From Eledone cirrhosa (taxonomy: Eukaryota): a DNA stretch of 64,000 nucleotides. Below, piece after piece: positions 26,075 through 41,180 of the stretch (its first letter is position 1; each line of letters opens with the position of its first letter). Below the pieces are notes generated by a model. It searched no databases and had not been told where the DNA came from. It saw nothing but the letters and a program-made list of their open reading frames with translations. The DNA lies in assembly GCA_964016885.1 (NCBI GenBank), contig OZ024741.1:98704001-98768000 (forward strand), written 5' to 3'. The position numbers and the translations under genes are program-made.

Positions 26075-28699
26075 ATTTCCTCCCGTTGCATTGTATGCCT
26101 ACGCCATCTTTATTTAGTTTGTTTATTTATTTTTTTATTTTTTTGTCTTCTTTGCGCATGCGTTTGCGTGTGTGTATAGTGTTTTGTTTGATGTGTGTTC
26201 GTGTTTGGGTGACTGTGTATTGGGTATTGTATTCTATCTTAGTTTACTAGTGTGTGTTTATATGTGTTTATTATTGGGCTTATGTATGTATTTATTTATT
26301 TATTTATTTATACTTCTCTTAGGTCAGTGTGGTTTGTTTGGGTGTTGTTATTCCATTCATTTTTTCTGTTTAGCCTTGGCCTTCTAAGTTCTATTTCGCT
26401 GGCCTCTCTGATGTGCCTATCTGCTGGGTCATTTCTATGTTTAGATATTCTAATTTCTATGTTGTCTATGTTACCGCCATGTTGTTGTCTAGCATGTTCG
26501 TTTAGTACTGAACCGTTTTTTCGTCCTTTTAGTTTCACCCAGTGCTGGTCTATCCTTTCACCTATGCTACGAGCTGTATCGCTTATGTATGTTGTTGTCA
26601 TATTTCTGTAAGTACCCTCTGTACATCTTATGCTATAGACTACGTTTCTAGTTTTACAGTTTATGCGGGGGTTTACTTTACATATGATACATTTCCTCTT
26701 AGTACAGTGGGTCTTCTTAAAGGAGTATGTTTTGCTGATCAGGGATTTTATGGTGGTGCCTGGCTTTTCTACCACCTTAATCTTTAAGTGGATCTTTCTC
26801 TGGACCTTTCTACACTGGTTAGCTAATTTCCCTCCAGGGGTAGCGTCCACAAACATGACACTCTGGTATCTCTGGTTGTCGTACCATGAGGTGGCTTTCC
26901 CTATCTTATGTCTATTCCTATCTAAGCTATTCCATGATTTGCTCCTGTATAATGGGCAAATTCCTTTCATGTCCAGTTCTATGAGGGTTTTATACTTTTC
27001 CGTGGCTCCTTCGTATACTCTGATTCTGTCTCTTTGGTTGTAGCCAGAGAACTGCATACGATTGATGAAGTGTTGGATGTGTCTATCCATTTCTGTTGGA
27101 TCGCATATGCGGGACACGTTCTTCATCACTCGTACCAAGTCTGCGATCCGAATATTAAACTTAGCACTACTGAACATTGCTGAGTTTTTTAGTATCAGGT
27201 ATTTGGAGGTCATGGGTTTAGTATAGTGTGAGTGGAGAATTTGGGCTCTCTCGTCTATAGTGTTAATCCAGAGTTCCGTGTCTAATAAAGGTAGTCTATT
27301 GTTAGGGTGTTTGGAAGGGTAGTCGATAGTTACAGTTATACTGTGGTGTATGGAATTAGCTATCTGCTGGATGCTTTCCATTGTGCTACGTTCTAAATCA
27401 AAATTGTTAGTGCTCTCTTGTGGGGATGTCCTTATTACTATATTGATGTCGTCTACGTAACGAGAGTACATGATGAGGTCTATGGAGCTCTCATCAAGGA
27501 GATTTTGAGTCTCCTTTCCCACCATACCATAAAAAGGTTGGCAACGTCACCAGCTATGCTGACGCCAATGGCTGCTCCCTCATTTTGGGTGTAGATATTC
27601 TCGTTGAACTTGAATATGTGGGCCTTTAGGGTAGTTTTGATACTAGCCCCTATTGCATGTGCGACCATTTTTCTTACCTGATCATTGTTTTGGGGGGTCC
27701 GTATAGCTTTGGTCCACCCAATCCACCTTCCCATGGGAGTCTTTTTTGCCATTGAGGTTATGGGGGGGGGGGTCTACCTATTATGGGTCTACTGGGGCAA
27801 AAACGTCTAAGGTCATGTCTGTCTATGTAATCAGTGTCGTAGGTAAGTCTAAGTAGGAGGCCCAGTTCGTCTGTGTCGACGTCGCAGAACTCCACCTCAC
27901 TCTCAATGATCACCTCCACACATTTTTCCACAGCAAAATCAATGTTAATGGATGGATACAGTGATACCACATCCATACTGCCTATTATGCAGTTGGATAG
28001 GTTCCTGTTTTTGTTGCATTCACTGATTCTGCTGAGGAGGTCCTCTGTACTGTCACATACATCTGGGGACATCTTGATTATGGGGCGTATAACCATTGAG
28101 AGGAAGTAGGAGATCCTGTAGTTTCTAGCTACATTTGCTCCGCATACAGATCTTGTTGGTGATCCTGTTGTCGGGTCGTCGACTGTCTTGTGGTCTTTGC
28201 GGAGCCCATACAAGGGTGGTATGCCATTGTTAGACGCCTGGAAGTTGTTGGCAGTGCCTCTGCTTGGCTTTAGGATGTCGGTCCACATCATCATGTGAGC
28301 GTTGAGGATTTTCTCTCTCCCATCATATATTTGCTGTGCAATTTCGCTCGTGTTGGTGATGTGGGTTGCATATCCTTGATATAGTTCGGCATGCTGTCTA
28401 TTGACATCATACCAGACTTATCCGTGGGTAGACATACTACCTCACCATCCCTTGTGCGCTGCTTGAGGCTAACCAAACCTTCTACAGGTTTCCTCCCAAG
28501 TTGTTGGACCTCTGGTCTGCTCTGTCTCTTAGTATACCGGTCTACTATTTGTCTAATATTATTTCTAGCTATGGTGAACTGTGCCTCTGTCTCGTCATAT
28601 ATTTGTTGTGGTATGCAAACCCTTTTATTAAAGGGTAACCTCGTAGGATAGATATTACCCATCTTATATGTTTTGTCAGCTGGGTTGAAGAATAGTTTC

Positions 28700-29272
28700 T
28701 CTAAGGGGTTGTCATTATATCTATCGTCATAGTTGTGTGTGTTGTTATTATTGTTATTATGGTGTTTGTTGTTGTTCCTATCATTAGCATTATTATTATT
28801 GTTATGGTTGCTAGATGTATTGTTGCTGTGATTGTTAGATGTATTGTTGTTTTCTCCACCGTTATTGTTGTTGTTACTGTTATTTCTACCATTGTGATTG
28901 TTACTTTTATTATGTTTCTTGTTGTTGTTGTTGTTGTGTCTATCATTAATGTTGCTACATATATAATTTCTATTATTACCACTGTGGTTGTTGTTGTTGT
29001 TACTCGTATTATTACCGTTATTACTACTGTGGTCGCTGCTGCTGTGTCTGTAGTCAATGTTCCTATTATTATTATTATTATTGTGGTTGTTGTTGTTGTT
29101 GTTCTGTCTATCGTTAATATTATTACCATTATTACTATTTCTCACTCTCCTGCTATTGTTATTGTTATGACTATTACTATTATAGCTGTTATTTCTATAC
29201 TCAGAGTTATTGTTTATATTACTACTATCGTTATTATTGTTGTTGTTGTCCGTATAGTTGTTGTTGTTGTTT
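28700..29272 (-). repeat. (AAT/AAC)n tract encoding poly-Asn within the PLE ORF
   Basis: ORF 28291..29145 is Asn-rich and continues into the TDKSG motif. Confidence 0.85.
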
Positions 29273-30771
29273 ACTTTTGCATTTCAACGTATTTTTGTGA
29301 AACACTTTTCCAGCTCCATTTTGCACTCAATAGGGTTAATCTTTTTGTAGATGGCAAATCTTGGTGCAGGATTTGTTGTTCTTGTTCACTGATTAAAGTG
29401 TTCCCATAAATATTTACTGTGTGGTCATTGGTAAATTCTTCCGGTAGTTCTACATCAGTCATACGGATATTGTTGATGTTATCTGGGTATTTTTGTGAAT
29501 ATTCTATTTTTCTTTCTTCTAGTTTTTTCTTATTCATCCATTCTAATTTCTTATTGAAATGCCTATTGCATTCGTTTCGGGCGTATTTCATTTCACGTCG
29601 AATGACGCTCATGAAGTCATCCCTCTCGTTTGGTCTGGTGAGATTTCGGACTCCTTACCGTTAATGCGTTTCTGTCTGTAAAGTTCGTTAACTTTTGTGT
29701 ATGTTGTTCTTTTCATATTAACTGTTATTGTGTATTTTAGTCGTTCAGCCTATGTTTTGTTCAATAATAAATTATTTACATGTTTTGATATGTTTGTTGT
29801 GTATATTTTGGAGGAAACACAGTGTTTTAAGAAGCGGATTTGTTCTGTTGTTATTGTAGTTTTTATATAACAGAAAACAGTGTCTTTCAATAACCTTTCA
29901 GCTTGGCACAAGCTAATGCCATAACGGCGATGAATTAGTTTTGCGAGATTTTTTATATGAAATCGTGTGTCGAAACAAATATTGTTATACTTGGGGAGGG
30001 TCATATTTGTGTAATAATATTGCCAGAATTAATAAAAGAACACACTTACTGTTTGGTTGGTTTTCGCTTCTGTGTCTTTTATATCGGTTAATTTATTCGG
30101 TCCTCATCTTACCATTGACTGACCAACGGTCAAAAATACAGATACAATATTGACACAAACACATATATATAGTCTGACAAAGTTCTTTCGTTGCACATCT
30201 GCAACAACGTCAGTGGTGCTATTATGTTTCCTCCCGTTGTATTGTATGCCTACGCCATCTTTGTTTAGTCTGTTTATTTATTTTTTTTTGTCTTCTCTGC
30301 ACATGCGTTTGCGTGTGTGTATAGTGTTTGATGTGTGTTCGTGTTTGGGTGACTGTGTATTGGTTATTGTATTCTATCTTAGTTTACTAGTGTGTGTTTA
30401 TATGTGTTTGTTGTTATTGTGCTTGTGTATGTATGTATTTATTTATTTATGCTTCTCTTAGGTCAGTGTTGTTTGTTTGGGTGTTGTTGTTATTCCATTC
30501 ATTTTTCTATTTCGCTGGCCTCTCTGATTTGCCTATCTGCTGGGTCATTTCTATGTTTAGATATTATTCTAAATTCTATGTTGTCTATGTTACCGTCATG
30601 TTTTTGTCTGGCATGTTCGTATAGTACTGAACCGTTTTTTCGTCCTTTTAGTTCCCCCCAGTGTTGGTCTATCCTTTCACCTATGCTACGAGCTGTCTCG
30701 CCTATGTTTGTTGTTGTCACGTTTCTGCAAGTACCCTCTGTACATCTTATGCTATCAAAAACCTCGCAAAA

Positions 30772-30816
<45 letters not shown>

Positions 30817-31129
30817 TTATATATATAACCAACAATGTATCTGTCTGTCTGTCCGACAGTGGAAACAGGTGCGTAGAGAGAGAGTGAAAGAAAGAGACAG
30901 ACTACGAGAGGGGGATAGCGGGAGGGAGAGAGGGAGAAAGAGAGAGTGAATAGACGCTAAAACACGTGCTACAGAACCATTACCTTCCCCTCTCCACTGA
31001 CTTTGGTCACTGAGGCCGAGGGAATCGCGCTGAGCGCGTCATAATGACGTAATGCAAACAGCCAGACATACAGACAGATATTATAAGGGCGCAACCTTAT
31101 ATCTATGTATCTATCTGAAAAGAAAGACT

Positions 31130-31324
31130 AAGAATTATATAGAGAGAACGCTAAATCGCCTAATGCGGTCCTTGGGGCATTGAAAATTTGAAATAATTTT
31201 TGCTCAAAACACTCACAGGACCATAAGTATTACATGTCTAAAGTTTGAAAACAATCGGTTGGATGGTTCTCAAGTTTTAGTGAGCTGACAGACAGACAGA
31301 CATTCTCTGTTTTAGATATATAGA
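31130..31324 (-). mobile_element. Helitron 5'-terminal fragment, minus strand
   Basis: Minus strand begins TCTATATATCTAAAACAGAGAATGTCTGTCTGTCTG, like the Helitron starts at 31361 and 61513. The left limit is uncertain. Confidence 0.6.
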
Positions 31325-31360
31325 CTAGCAGAAAACCGCCCCCGGGTGGTTTTCTGCTAG

Positions 31361-34300
31361 TCTATATATATAAAAATGAAAATGTCTGTCTGTGTGTGTG
31401 TGTGTTTTTTCCGCAGCAACTTTTGATCCGCAAGGCCGATTTTCAAAACTTTTTTTGTAATCAACCACAAATTTATCAGGGCAGATCGGCACGACATTGT
31501 GAATTATCGACTCCTCCTTTGTCCATGTAAAAAATTGATAAAACTGACTATAGGTACGACTTTGCACAGAAAAAGTCTCTATATCTATAAAAATGAAAAA
31601 GAAAGAGTGAGAGTGAAAGAAACAGACAGACTAAAAGAGGGGGATAGCGGGCGAGAGAGAGAGCGAGAAAGCGACAGACGCTGTGTTTGATACATGACAG
31701 TGGAAGAGTGGAAGGAAAGCTATAACTAATTAACATGTGTGCGTGTGTGTGCGTGCGCGCGTGTGTGTTCGTGCAGCGTTCCAGTAAGAGTTAAATCTAT
31801 TAACATGTGTGTGTACGTGCACACGTGCGTGCGTGAGTGTGCGTGCGTTTGAGCGTTTGCGTGCGTGACTGTGTGTGTGTGTACGTGCGTGTGGCGTTTT
31901 TCAGTACGCCATTTTTTCAGTGACAGTAGTTGTTGTAGACTCTCCCATGCTCACATTCTTATTTGGTTGTCGACAAAAATCAGAGCAGACGACATCGATA
32001 AGATTATATCCGCAGAGCTTCCAAACCCGCAAACTGACAAAACCCCTATTTGACTGCCCGTGTTTGAACAACGGTATTTGCTCCAAAATATACCCCAAAG
32101 CCTTCTTTCGTGAAACTCAAACTGCTGATGACGCATACCCATCATACAGACGAAGAAGCCATGAGGACGGAAGATTAACAGCACTGGTTGGAAAACATGA
32201 AATTGACAACCGATGCATTACTACTCAAGGCGTTCAACTCCCACATAAATCTTGAATGTTGCAACTCTATTAAATCAATCAAATATGTCTGCAAGTATAT
32301 AAATAAGGGCCCGGATGCCGCCATGTTCGGGCTTAAAGAAGAAAACAAATGGGATGAAGTTGCACAGTACCAATCAGCACGATATATAAGTACCAGCGAG
32401 GCCTGTTGGCGAATTTACCGTTTCTCAATGAACATAAGATACCCTGCCGTCCAACACCTTGCTTTGCACCTGGAAAACGACCAAAGAGTGTACTATACAA
32501 AACAAACAGCTTTTCTGAGGGCTCTGAAACCAAGGAACACAACTCTTACTGCATTCTTTTATCTATGTCAAGGCGACGCAATCGCTCGCACTTTGCTGTA
32601 TCCCCAAGTCCCCTCTTTCTACAAATGGGAAAAGTATTCATGGAAGCCAAGAATCAAAGGTGAAAGCGTTGATGGTCATCCAGATTTTAACTTTGACAGC
32701 TGCCTGGTGCGAGTTTACACAGTGCCTCCCATCTACCAAGAATGTTACTACCTGCGTAATCTTCTCCATGACGTAAGAGGACCATCAGTTTTCAACACCT
32801 AAGAACTGTTGATGGCCAAATTTGCGACACGTACAGAGAGGCCTGCCTCAGGCGTGGACTACTGGAAGATGGTGCTCAGTGGGATGCCACTTTGGCAGAA
32901 GTAGTTGTTTCACAAATGCCACACAACCTTAGGAAGCTTTTTGCTGTCTTACTGTACATTTGTGAATTGCCCGATCTTTCCTTCTTGTGGCTCAAGTACA
33001 GAGATATCCTCTCTGAGGACTTCAGACATCAAGCACAATTACAACTTCCTGACATGGAAGTAGGCTTCACAGATGAAATCTACAACAAAGTACTTATTGA
33101 AGTTGAAAATATGATTGCTGCAATGGGTGAGAATGCACTGCAGACATATGGCCTGCCCCAAACCAACAGAACAGACTCCGACGTCATTTTCGCAGAAATA
33201 CTTCGGGAACTATCCTACGACACTGACAGCTTGGCTACATATGTCACTGAACATGAATCAATGCTGCTACAGGAACAGGAACGAGCATATAACACTATTG
33301 CTGACTGTGTCCACTATCGGACGGGAGGAATATTTTTTCTTGTATGCCCCTGGAGGCACAGGGAAGACTTTTGTCATACGGCTTCTCCTTGCCAACGTTC
33401 GACAACACAGACACATAGCACTTGATGTTGCGTCTTCCGGTATTGTAGTAACCTTACTTCCTGGGGGAAGGACAGCACATTCAGCCTTCAAACTCCCCCT
33501 CAATATGACAGCAAATGACACACCCTGCTGTAATATTACCAAAGGATCATAAAAGGAAGAACTGCTTAAAAGGTGTGAACTTATAGTTTGGGACGAATGT
33601 ACCATGGCTCATAAAGGAGCTTTGGAGGCACTGGACCGGACTTTAAGAGACATAAGAGACTCCCAGGATCCTATGGGAGGCGTGACTGTCCTTTTATCCG
33701 AAGATATTAGACAAACCCTCCCTGTTATTCCCAAAGGAACAAGGGCTGATGCTATTCGAGCATGCTTAAAGTCATCTCCACTTTGGCGGTATGTCACAAC
33801 ATTAACGCTCCCTACGAACATGAGAGCTCGGATGCTTGGTGACCAAGTGTCATCAGATTTTGCTACCAACCTATTGACACTTGGGAAGGGCAAAGTCCCA
33901 CTTGATGAAGATGAAAATATCTCCCTCGAACCGGTCTGCACTTTAGTCGACAATGCTGACGACTTGACAGATGCACTAACTACCAAAATCCAAACTGGCT
34001 GTTCGAAAGGGCAATACTGGCTTCGAAAAATGAGACTGTCGACAAAATCAACGGACAACTGCTTAAGTCTCTTCCTACAGCTTCGTGTACATACAAGTCC
34101 ATCGATACAGTCACAGACCCCATTAACTACCCAATTGAGTTTCTTAACTCATTGAACCCCTCCGGGTTGCCATCTCATCGTTTGGAACTTAAGCAAGGAT
34201 GCCCAATTATGGTTTTGTGGAATCTACACCCACCAAAACACTGCAAAGGCACCCGCCTTACAGTAAATAAACTAACGCAAAACTTGATCGAGGCGACGAT

Positions 34301-34595
34301 TCTCTCGGGGTGTGGAAAGGGGGAAAAAAATGTTATCCCAAGGATTTCCCTTTGTCTGTCAACATCAGAGATCCCCTTTTCATTTAGGAGACACCAGTTT
34401 CCAGTTCGTTGTAGTTTCGCTATGACGATAAATAAATCTCAAGGGCAAACATTGTCCGTCGCGGGAATAAACCTAGAAGAGCCATGCTTTTCGCACGGTC
34501 AGGTATACGTTGGATGTTCCAGAGTGGGAAGCAAAAGAAACCTTTATGCATTTGCTCCAAACGGTAAAACCATTGTGTACCAAGAAGTTCTGTAA
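31361..34595 (+). mobile_element. Decayed, internally deleted RepHel Helitron
   Basis: 5' TC plus (GTCT)n; Rep HUH motif HAHILIWL..DIDKIISAE and KYVCKYINKG; Pif1 helicase APGGTGKTF, IVWDECTM, QFPVRCSFAMTINKSQGQT. Frameshifted; no 3' CTAG found. Confidence 0.92.
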
Positions 34596-34639
34596 TCAAC
34601 ACTGCGACACAAATCGTCTTCTAACAATCAAAAACCTAT

Positions 34640-35323
34640 CTGCTTTCAATAATTACCAAATTATAGACAGACTGCCTTTTTGAAATTCATAACACCATAC
34701 TTTTTTACTGTAAACGTTGTGACCACTTTGAGCTGCACGGTATTGAAATGCACGTTCCCCTCTGGTTGGTTGAGCCAGTTTTCCATGGATTCGCCAGCGC
34801 GTGCAGCAGACGTTGATTTGCTGTCGCAGTTGACGCTGTGTTTCGATTGATACAGCTCAAACAGCAGACGTTGACTCACAGTTCTTTGCTGCCGCAGTTG
34901 ACGCTGTGTTTCGGGTAATGCAGCTCGTGCTGCGAAAGTTGACTCAAATTTATTTGCTTCCGCAGTTGACGCTTTTTTCGATAGATGCAGCTGGAGCTGC
35001 GGAAGTTGCCTCAGCATTTCTATGCCGCCGTAATGAACGCTGTGGTTCGTTCTCTGCATCTCCTGCAATAGACGTTGCCTCAATATTTGCTTTCTGTCGC
35101 AGTGAGAGTTGAGAATCGTTTTCTGCACCTCAAGCAGCAGTAGTTGCCTCAGCATTTATTTGCTGTCGCATCGAACTTTGTGTTTCGTTTTCTGCATCTC
35201 GTGCAATAGAAGTTGCTTCAGCATTATTCTTTTGGCGTAATAATCGCTATTGGTTATTCTCTTTTACTTTTGCAATCGAGGTTGGTGCAGAATTTGTGTT
35301 GAGGAATTTTGAGCGTCCTTCAT
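34640..35323 (-). pseudogene. Decayed coding repeat (~69 bp/23 aa units), possibly the N-terminal region of another RepHel
   Basis: NAEATSIARDAENETQSSMRQQI / NAEATTAA*GAENDSQLSLRQKA / NIEATSIAGDAENEPQRSLRRHR. Confidence 0.45.
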
Positions 35324-35394
35324 GTTTGGTCTATGTCTCTGCAATCAGTCTAAGGAAAGCAACGTCACAGCTTCTATTGGCAGCCACAACTATA

Positions 35395-35683
35395 TCTTTC
35401 CGAGGCAATCCAAATTGAATCGACATGGGAACGGACGAAGTGTGTGCTTTTGGGTTTTCATCCGTTCCCCTGTGACTACCAATTCACCCCCACCTGTCTG
35501 CGCAGGCGCATGTCCGACACTCGCACACAGAACAGTGTGGCCAGTGTCGTCATTGAAATATATATTACAGCATTATTATTAAAAGACTTGAACATCTGAA
35601 ACTACTTCGCTTTTCCACCGTCATTCCTATGTAGAAAAAGTACGTTGAGTGCTTGAATTGAATTGCATCAATGTTTACCCTAA
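35395..35683. mobile_element. Rearranged copy of the 1277-2558 family
   Basis: 35397-35517 is the inverse of 2290-2411; 35519-35616 matches 2453-2551; 35627-35683 matches 1278-1334. Confidence 0.8.
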
Positions 35684-35769
<86 letters not shown>

Positions 35770-35866
35770 ATATAAATAAATATATATATATTTATATATA
35801 TATATATATAAATAAATATATAAATATATATATATAAATATATATATATAAATATATATATATATA

Positions 35867-35898
<32 letters not shown>

Positions 35899-35916
35899 AA
35901 TATATATATATAAATA

Positions 35917-38088
35917 TACATGTAAAGTTATATTTAAAATTGTTGGGTTACAACTAGTAAATATTTATAACTGATATAAAAGCACTCAACAAATACTTGG
36001 AGTATATTTATAATATTAAATAAATGGAAAACTATATTTATAAAACCATATTTATTTCATTATATATATTTCGGGGATATCATATTAACAATATGCTATG
36101 CCTTCATCAGACAAAATACAATATAAACAGTTTTATAGATAAATATATTCGACATACCGTAATAAACATCAACTTCATTTGAAGAGGTTTACTCTAGCAG
36201 TGAAAATACAGAGAGAAAGAAAGAGAGAGAGAAAAGAGGGAAATAAGAAAGAAAGAAAGACAAAACGAAGAAAAAGGAAGAAAAAGAAGAAAAAGAAAAA
36301 GAAGAAATGCATGGGACAAAATAGAGAGATGGAAAAATAGATAAAGCGAAGAGCTTCATGTAAAGAGACAGAAAGATATATATATATATAGAGAGAGAGG
36401 AAATAGAGATAGATACATATATAAATATAGATATAGAAAAATTAGGTAGTGGGAGGTCATTTTGAGTAAGTGTATCAATGATGCATTTATTTATTTATTT
36501 ATTTATTTATTTAGCTCAAGTATTAATGTAAGGGAGATATATAGAGAGATATAGAGAGATATAGAGAGAGAAAAAATTTAAAAATAGCCAGACATATTCG
36601 AGGCGTAGAAAACCCTATGTTTTAATGTATTAGTATTTATAAAACTTACACTATATTGTAAATATCAGTATTCCTGAATGAAACAAGTATTCACAATGCG
36701 TGAAAATTCATTATCTTATGTTTAGTTTTTTTAAAAATTCATATGTCTATGTGAATCCAACTGATTCACTCCGCAAATTCAAAGTTACCGGAAAACATTC
36801 TCAATGTGGTATAAAAATTTGAGCGTATTATTATTCTTGCGATTACTCTACAAGATTATCTATCAAGCAGAAATAGAGAGCAGATTTCAATATACTAATC
36901 GAAAATATATATTATATTATAAGCAGAGATAACAATAATAATGATAATAAGTAAAAATATATAAAAATAGAAAACTAAAAAAGAATATTACGAAAGAATA
37001 TTACATAATAAAAATATTGCATATTAAAAATACTACGTATTAAAAATATTACGTATTAAAACTTTACATATAAAAATATTAAAAATAAAAATTTACATAT
37101 AAAAATATTAAAAATAAAAATAAAATAAAATAAAAAATAAAAATATTATAGAATACTACAATACTAAAAGAATAAAAATAAAAATAAAAATAAAAATAAA
37201 AATAAAAATAAAAATGAAAATAAAAATAAACCACAAAGAACCCTTCAAAGATAATTGACAATATATTGCCAAGTTCACTACAAGACAAAGCCAAAAATTA
37301 TCTATCAAATCACATCTAGCAAGGAATATCGCAAAAAAGATTATGATGTCCAATAATGTCTACATATGTTCCTATATTTAATATATATATTTATTTTTAT
37401 TTTTATTTTTATTTTTATTTTTATTTTTATTCTTTTAGTATTGTAGTATTCTATAATATTTTTATTTTTTATTTTATTTTATTTTTATTTTTAATATTTT
37501 TATATGTAAATTTTTATTTTTAATATTTTTATATGTAAAGTTTTAATACGTAATATTTTTAATACGTAGTATTTTTAATATGCAATATTTTTATTATGTA
37601 ATATTCTTTCGTAATATTCTTTTTTAGTTTTCTATTTTTATATATTTTTACTTATTATCATTATTATTGTTATCTCTGCTTATAATATAATATATATTTT
37701 CGATTAGTATATTGAAATCTGCTCTCTATTTCTGCTTGATAGATAATCTTGTAGAGTAATCGCAAGAATAATAATACGCTCAAATTTTTATACCACATTG
37801 AGAATGTTTTCCGGTAACTTTGAATTTGCGGAGTGAATCAGTTGGATTCACATAGACATATGAATTTTTTAAAAAACTAAACATAAGATAATGAATTTTC
37901 ACGCATTGTGAATACTTGTTTCATTCAGGAATACTGATATTTACAATATAGTGTAAGCTTTATAAATACTAATACATTAAAACATAGGGTTTTCTACGCC
38001 TCGAATATGTCTGGCTATTTTTAAATTTTTTCTCTCTATATATCTCTCTATATCTCTCTATATATCTCCCTTACATTAATACTTGAGC

Positions 38089-38123
<35 letters not shown>

Positions 38124-38693
38124 ATGCATCATTGATACACTTACTCAAAATGACCTCCCACTACCTAATTTTTCTATATATATATTTATATATGTATCTA
38201 TCTCTATTTCCTCTCTCTATATATATATATATATCTTTCTGTCTCTTTACATGAAGCTCTTCGCTTTATCTATTTTTCCATCTCTCTATTTTGTCCCATG
38301 CATTTCTTCTTTTTCTTTTTCTTCTTTTTCTTCCTTTTTCTTCGTTTTGTCTTTCTTTCTTTCTTATTTCCCTCTTTTCTCTCTCTCTTTCTTTCTCTCT
38401 GTATTTTCACTGCTAGAGTAAACCTCTTCAAATGAAGTTGATGTTTATTACGGTATGTCGAATATATTTATCTATAAAACTGTTTATATTGTATTTTGTC
38501 TGATGAAGGCATAGCATATTGTTAATATGATATCCCCGAAATATATATAATGAAATAGATATGGTTTTATAAATATAGTTTTCCATTTATTTAATATTGT
38601 AAATATACTCCAAATATTTGTCGAGTGCTTTTATATCAGTTATAAATATTTACTAGTTGTAACCCAACAATTTTAAATATAACTTTACATGTA
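35917..38693. mobile_element. 2.8 kb foldback (~1.3 kb arms, ~160 bp spacer), family A, one hammerhead per arm (36053-36118 -, 38492-38557 +)
   Basis: Arms are reverse complements with few substitutions. tattttgt-ctgatga-aggcatagcatatt..aatatgatatcccc-gaaa-tatatat-a-atgaaata. Confidence 0.9.
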
Positions 38694-40036
<1,343 letters not shown>

Positions 40037-40041
<5 letters not shown>

Positions 40042-41123
40042 AACTTAGAGTTTACACTCAGTTTACAATCATTTACAATCATTTCAGCTCTAAGAATCTC
40101 TTCTGAGCAGAATAAATTAATATTTGATGAACATTTACATGTTTTAGTTGTAATTGACTAATAAAATCGTTAGAATGAAATATCTTAATTCAACATAAAG
40201 TATTCCTGTACGATCTAAAAAATAATAAATCAATACTCACAAACTCATATGGGCAAAAGGCCTTGGTACCTAGACACGTTTAAATTTCAAAATACAAACT
40301 TTTTCCGTAGATCGGTCAGAACTTCAAACTTTAAACATATTTCACAAAGGATAGTATAATAGTGAAATAATTAATTAATTAGTAGTAAGTTAATTAATTT
40401 TCTGTGTTTCTCAATAGGTACCCAGATAAATTAAATAATTTCACCTCAGAAAAATATCTAAGGTCTGGTTAGCGTAGCGAAAATACACGAGGTTTTGCAC
40501 ACGGCTTATTCCAGTCCTCTAACGTCCTACATATAGTGCTAGAAATAACAGCCGTTTATATTTTATTCTGCTCAGAAGCGATTCTTAGAGCTGAAATGAT
40601 TGTAAATGACCCCATTGAGTGTAAACTCTAAGTTAAATTATATTACTGCTCCCCCAGGTGAGCTGAATTTGTAATCCCATATAAACGGCTGTTATTTCTA
40701 GCACTATATGTGGGACGTTAGAGGACTGGAATAAGCCGTGTGCAAAACCTCGTGTATTTTCGCTACGCTAACCAGACCTTAGATTTTTTCTGAGGTGAAA
40801 TTATTTAATTTATCTGGGTACCTATAGAGAAACACAGAAAATTAATTAACTTACTACTAATTAATTAATTATTTCACTATTATACCATCCTTTGTGAAAC
40901 ATGTTTAAAGTTTGAAGTTCTGACCGATCTGCGGAAAAAGTTTGTATTTTGAAATTTAAACGTGTCTAGGTACCAAGGCCTTTTGCCCATATGAGTTTGT
41001 GAGTATTGATTTATTATGTTTTAGATCGTACAGGCATACTTTATGTTGAATTAAGATATTTCATTCTAACGATTTTATTAGTCAATTGCAACTAAAACAT
41101 GTAAATGTTCATCAAATATTAAT
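40037..41123. mobile_element. Inverted, circularly permuted pair of a ~560 bp unit
   Basis: 40037-40116 is the inverse of 40561-40639; 40117-40560 is the inverse of 40679-41123. Confidence 0.85.
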
Positions 41124-41125
41124 AT

Positions 41126-41178
<53 letters not shown>

Positions 41179-41180
41179 AA

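Larger units (their letters stand above)
25848..30775 (-). mobile_element. Near full-length Penelope-like element in partial-tandem (pLTR) configuration
   Basis: ORF pieces run 30004->26308: PTDKSG, LYGLRKDHK, SMDVVSLYPSI, QNEGAAIG, RYVDD, then CxxxxCxxC and VVYSIRC..YI..TAR..RI..H (GIY-YIG). 30755->29990 duplicates the EN end plus 3'UTR (26640->25848). Confidence 0.92.

Noticed and set aside
27755-27775. Frame break after GRPP in both PLE copies as a programmed frameshift
   Set aside because: It lies in a poly-C run of different length in each copy; homopolymer slippage or sequencing error is simpler.
35917-38693. Foldbacks as pure assembly or read artefacts
   Set aside because: Arms carry substitutions, one related foldback has an arm-specific SINE, and flanks are not inverted. 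Read-level confirmation is still needed.
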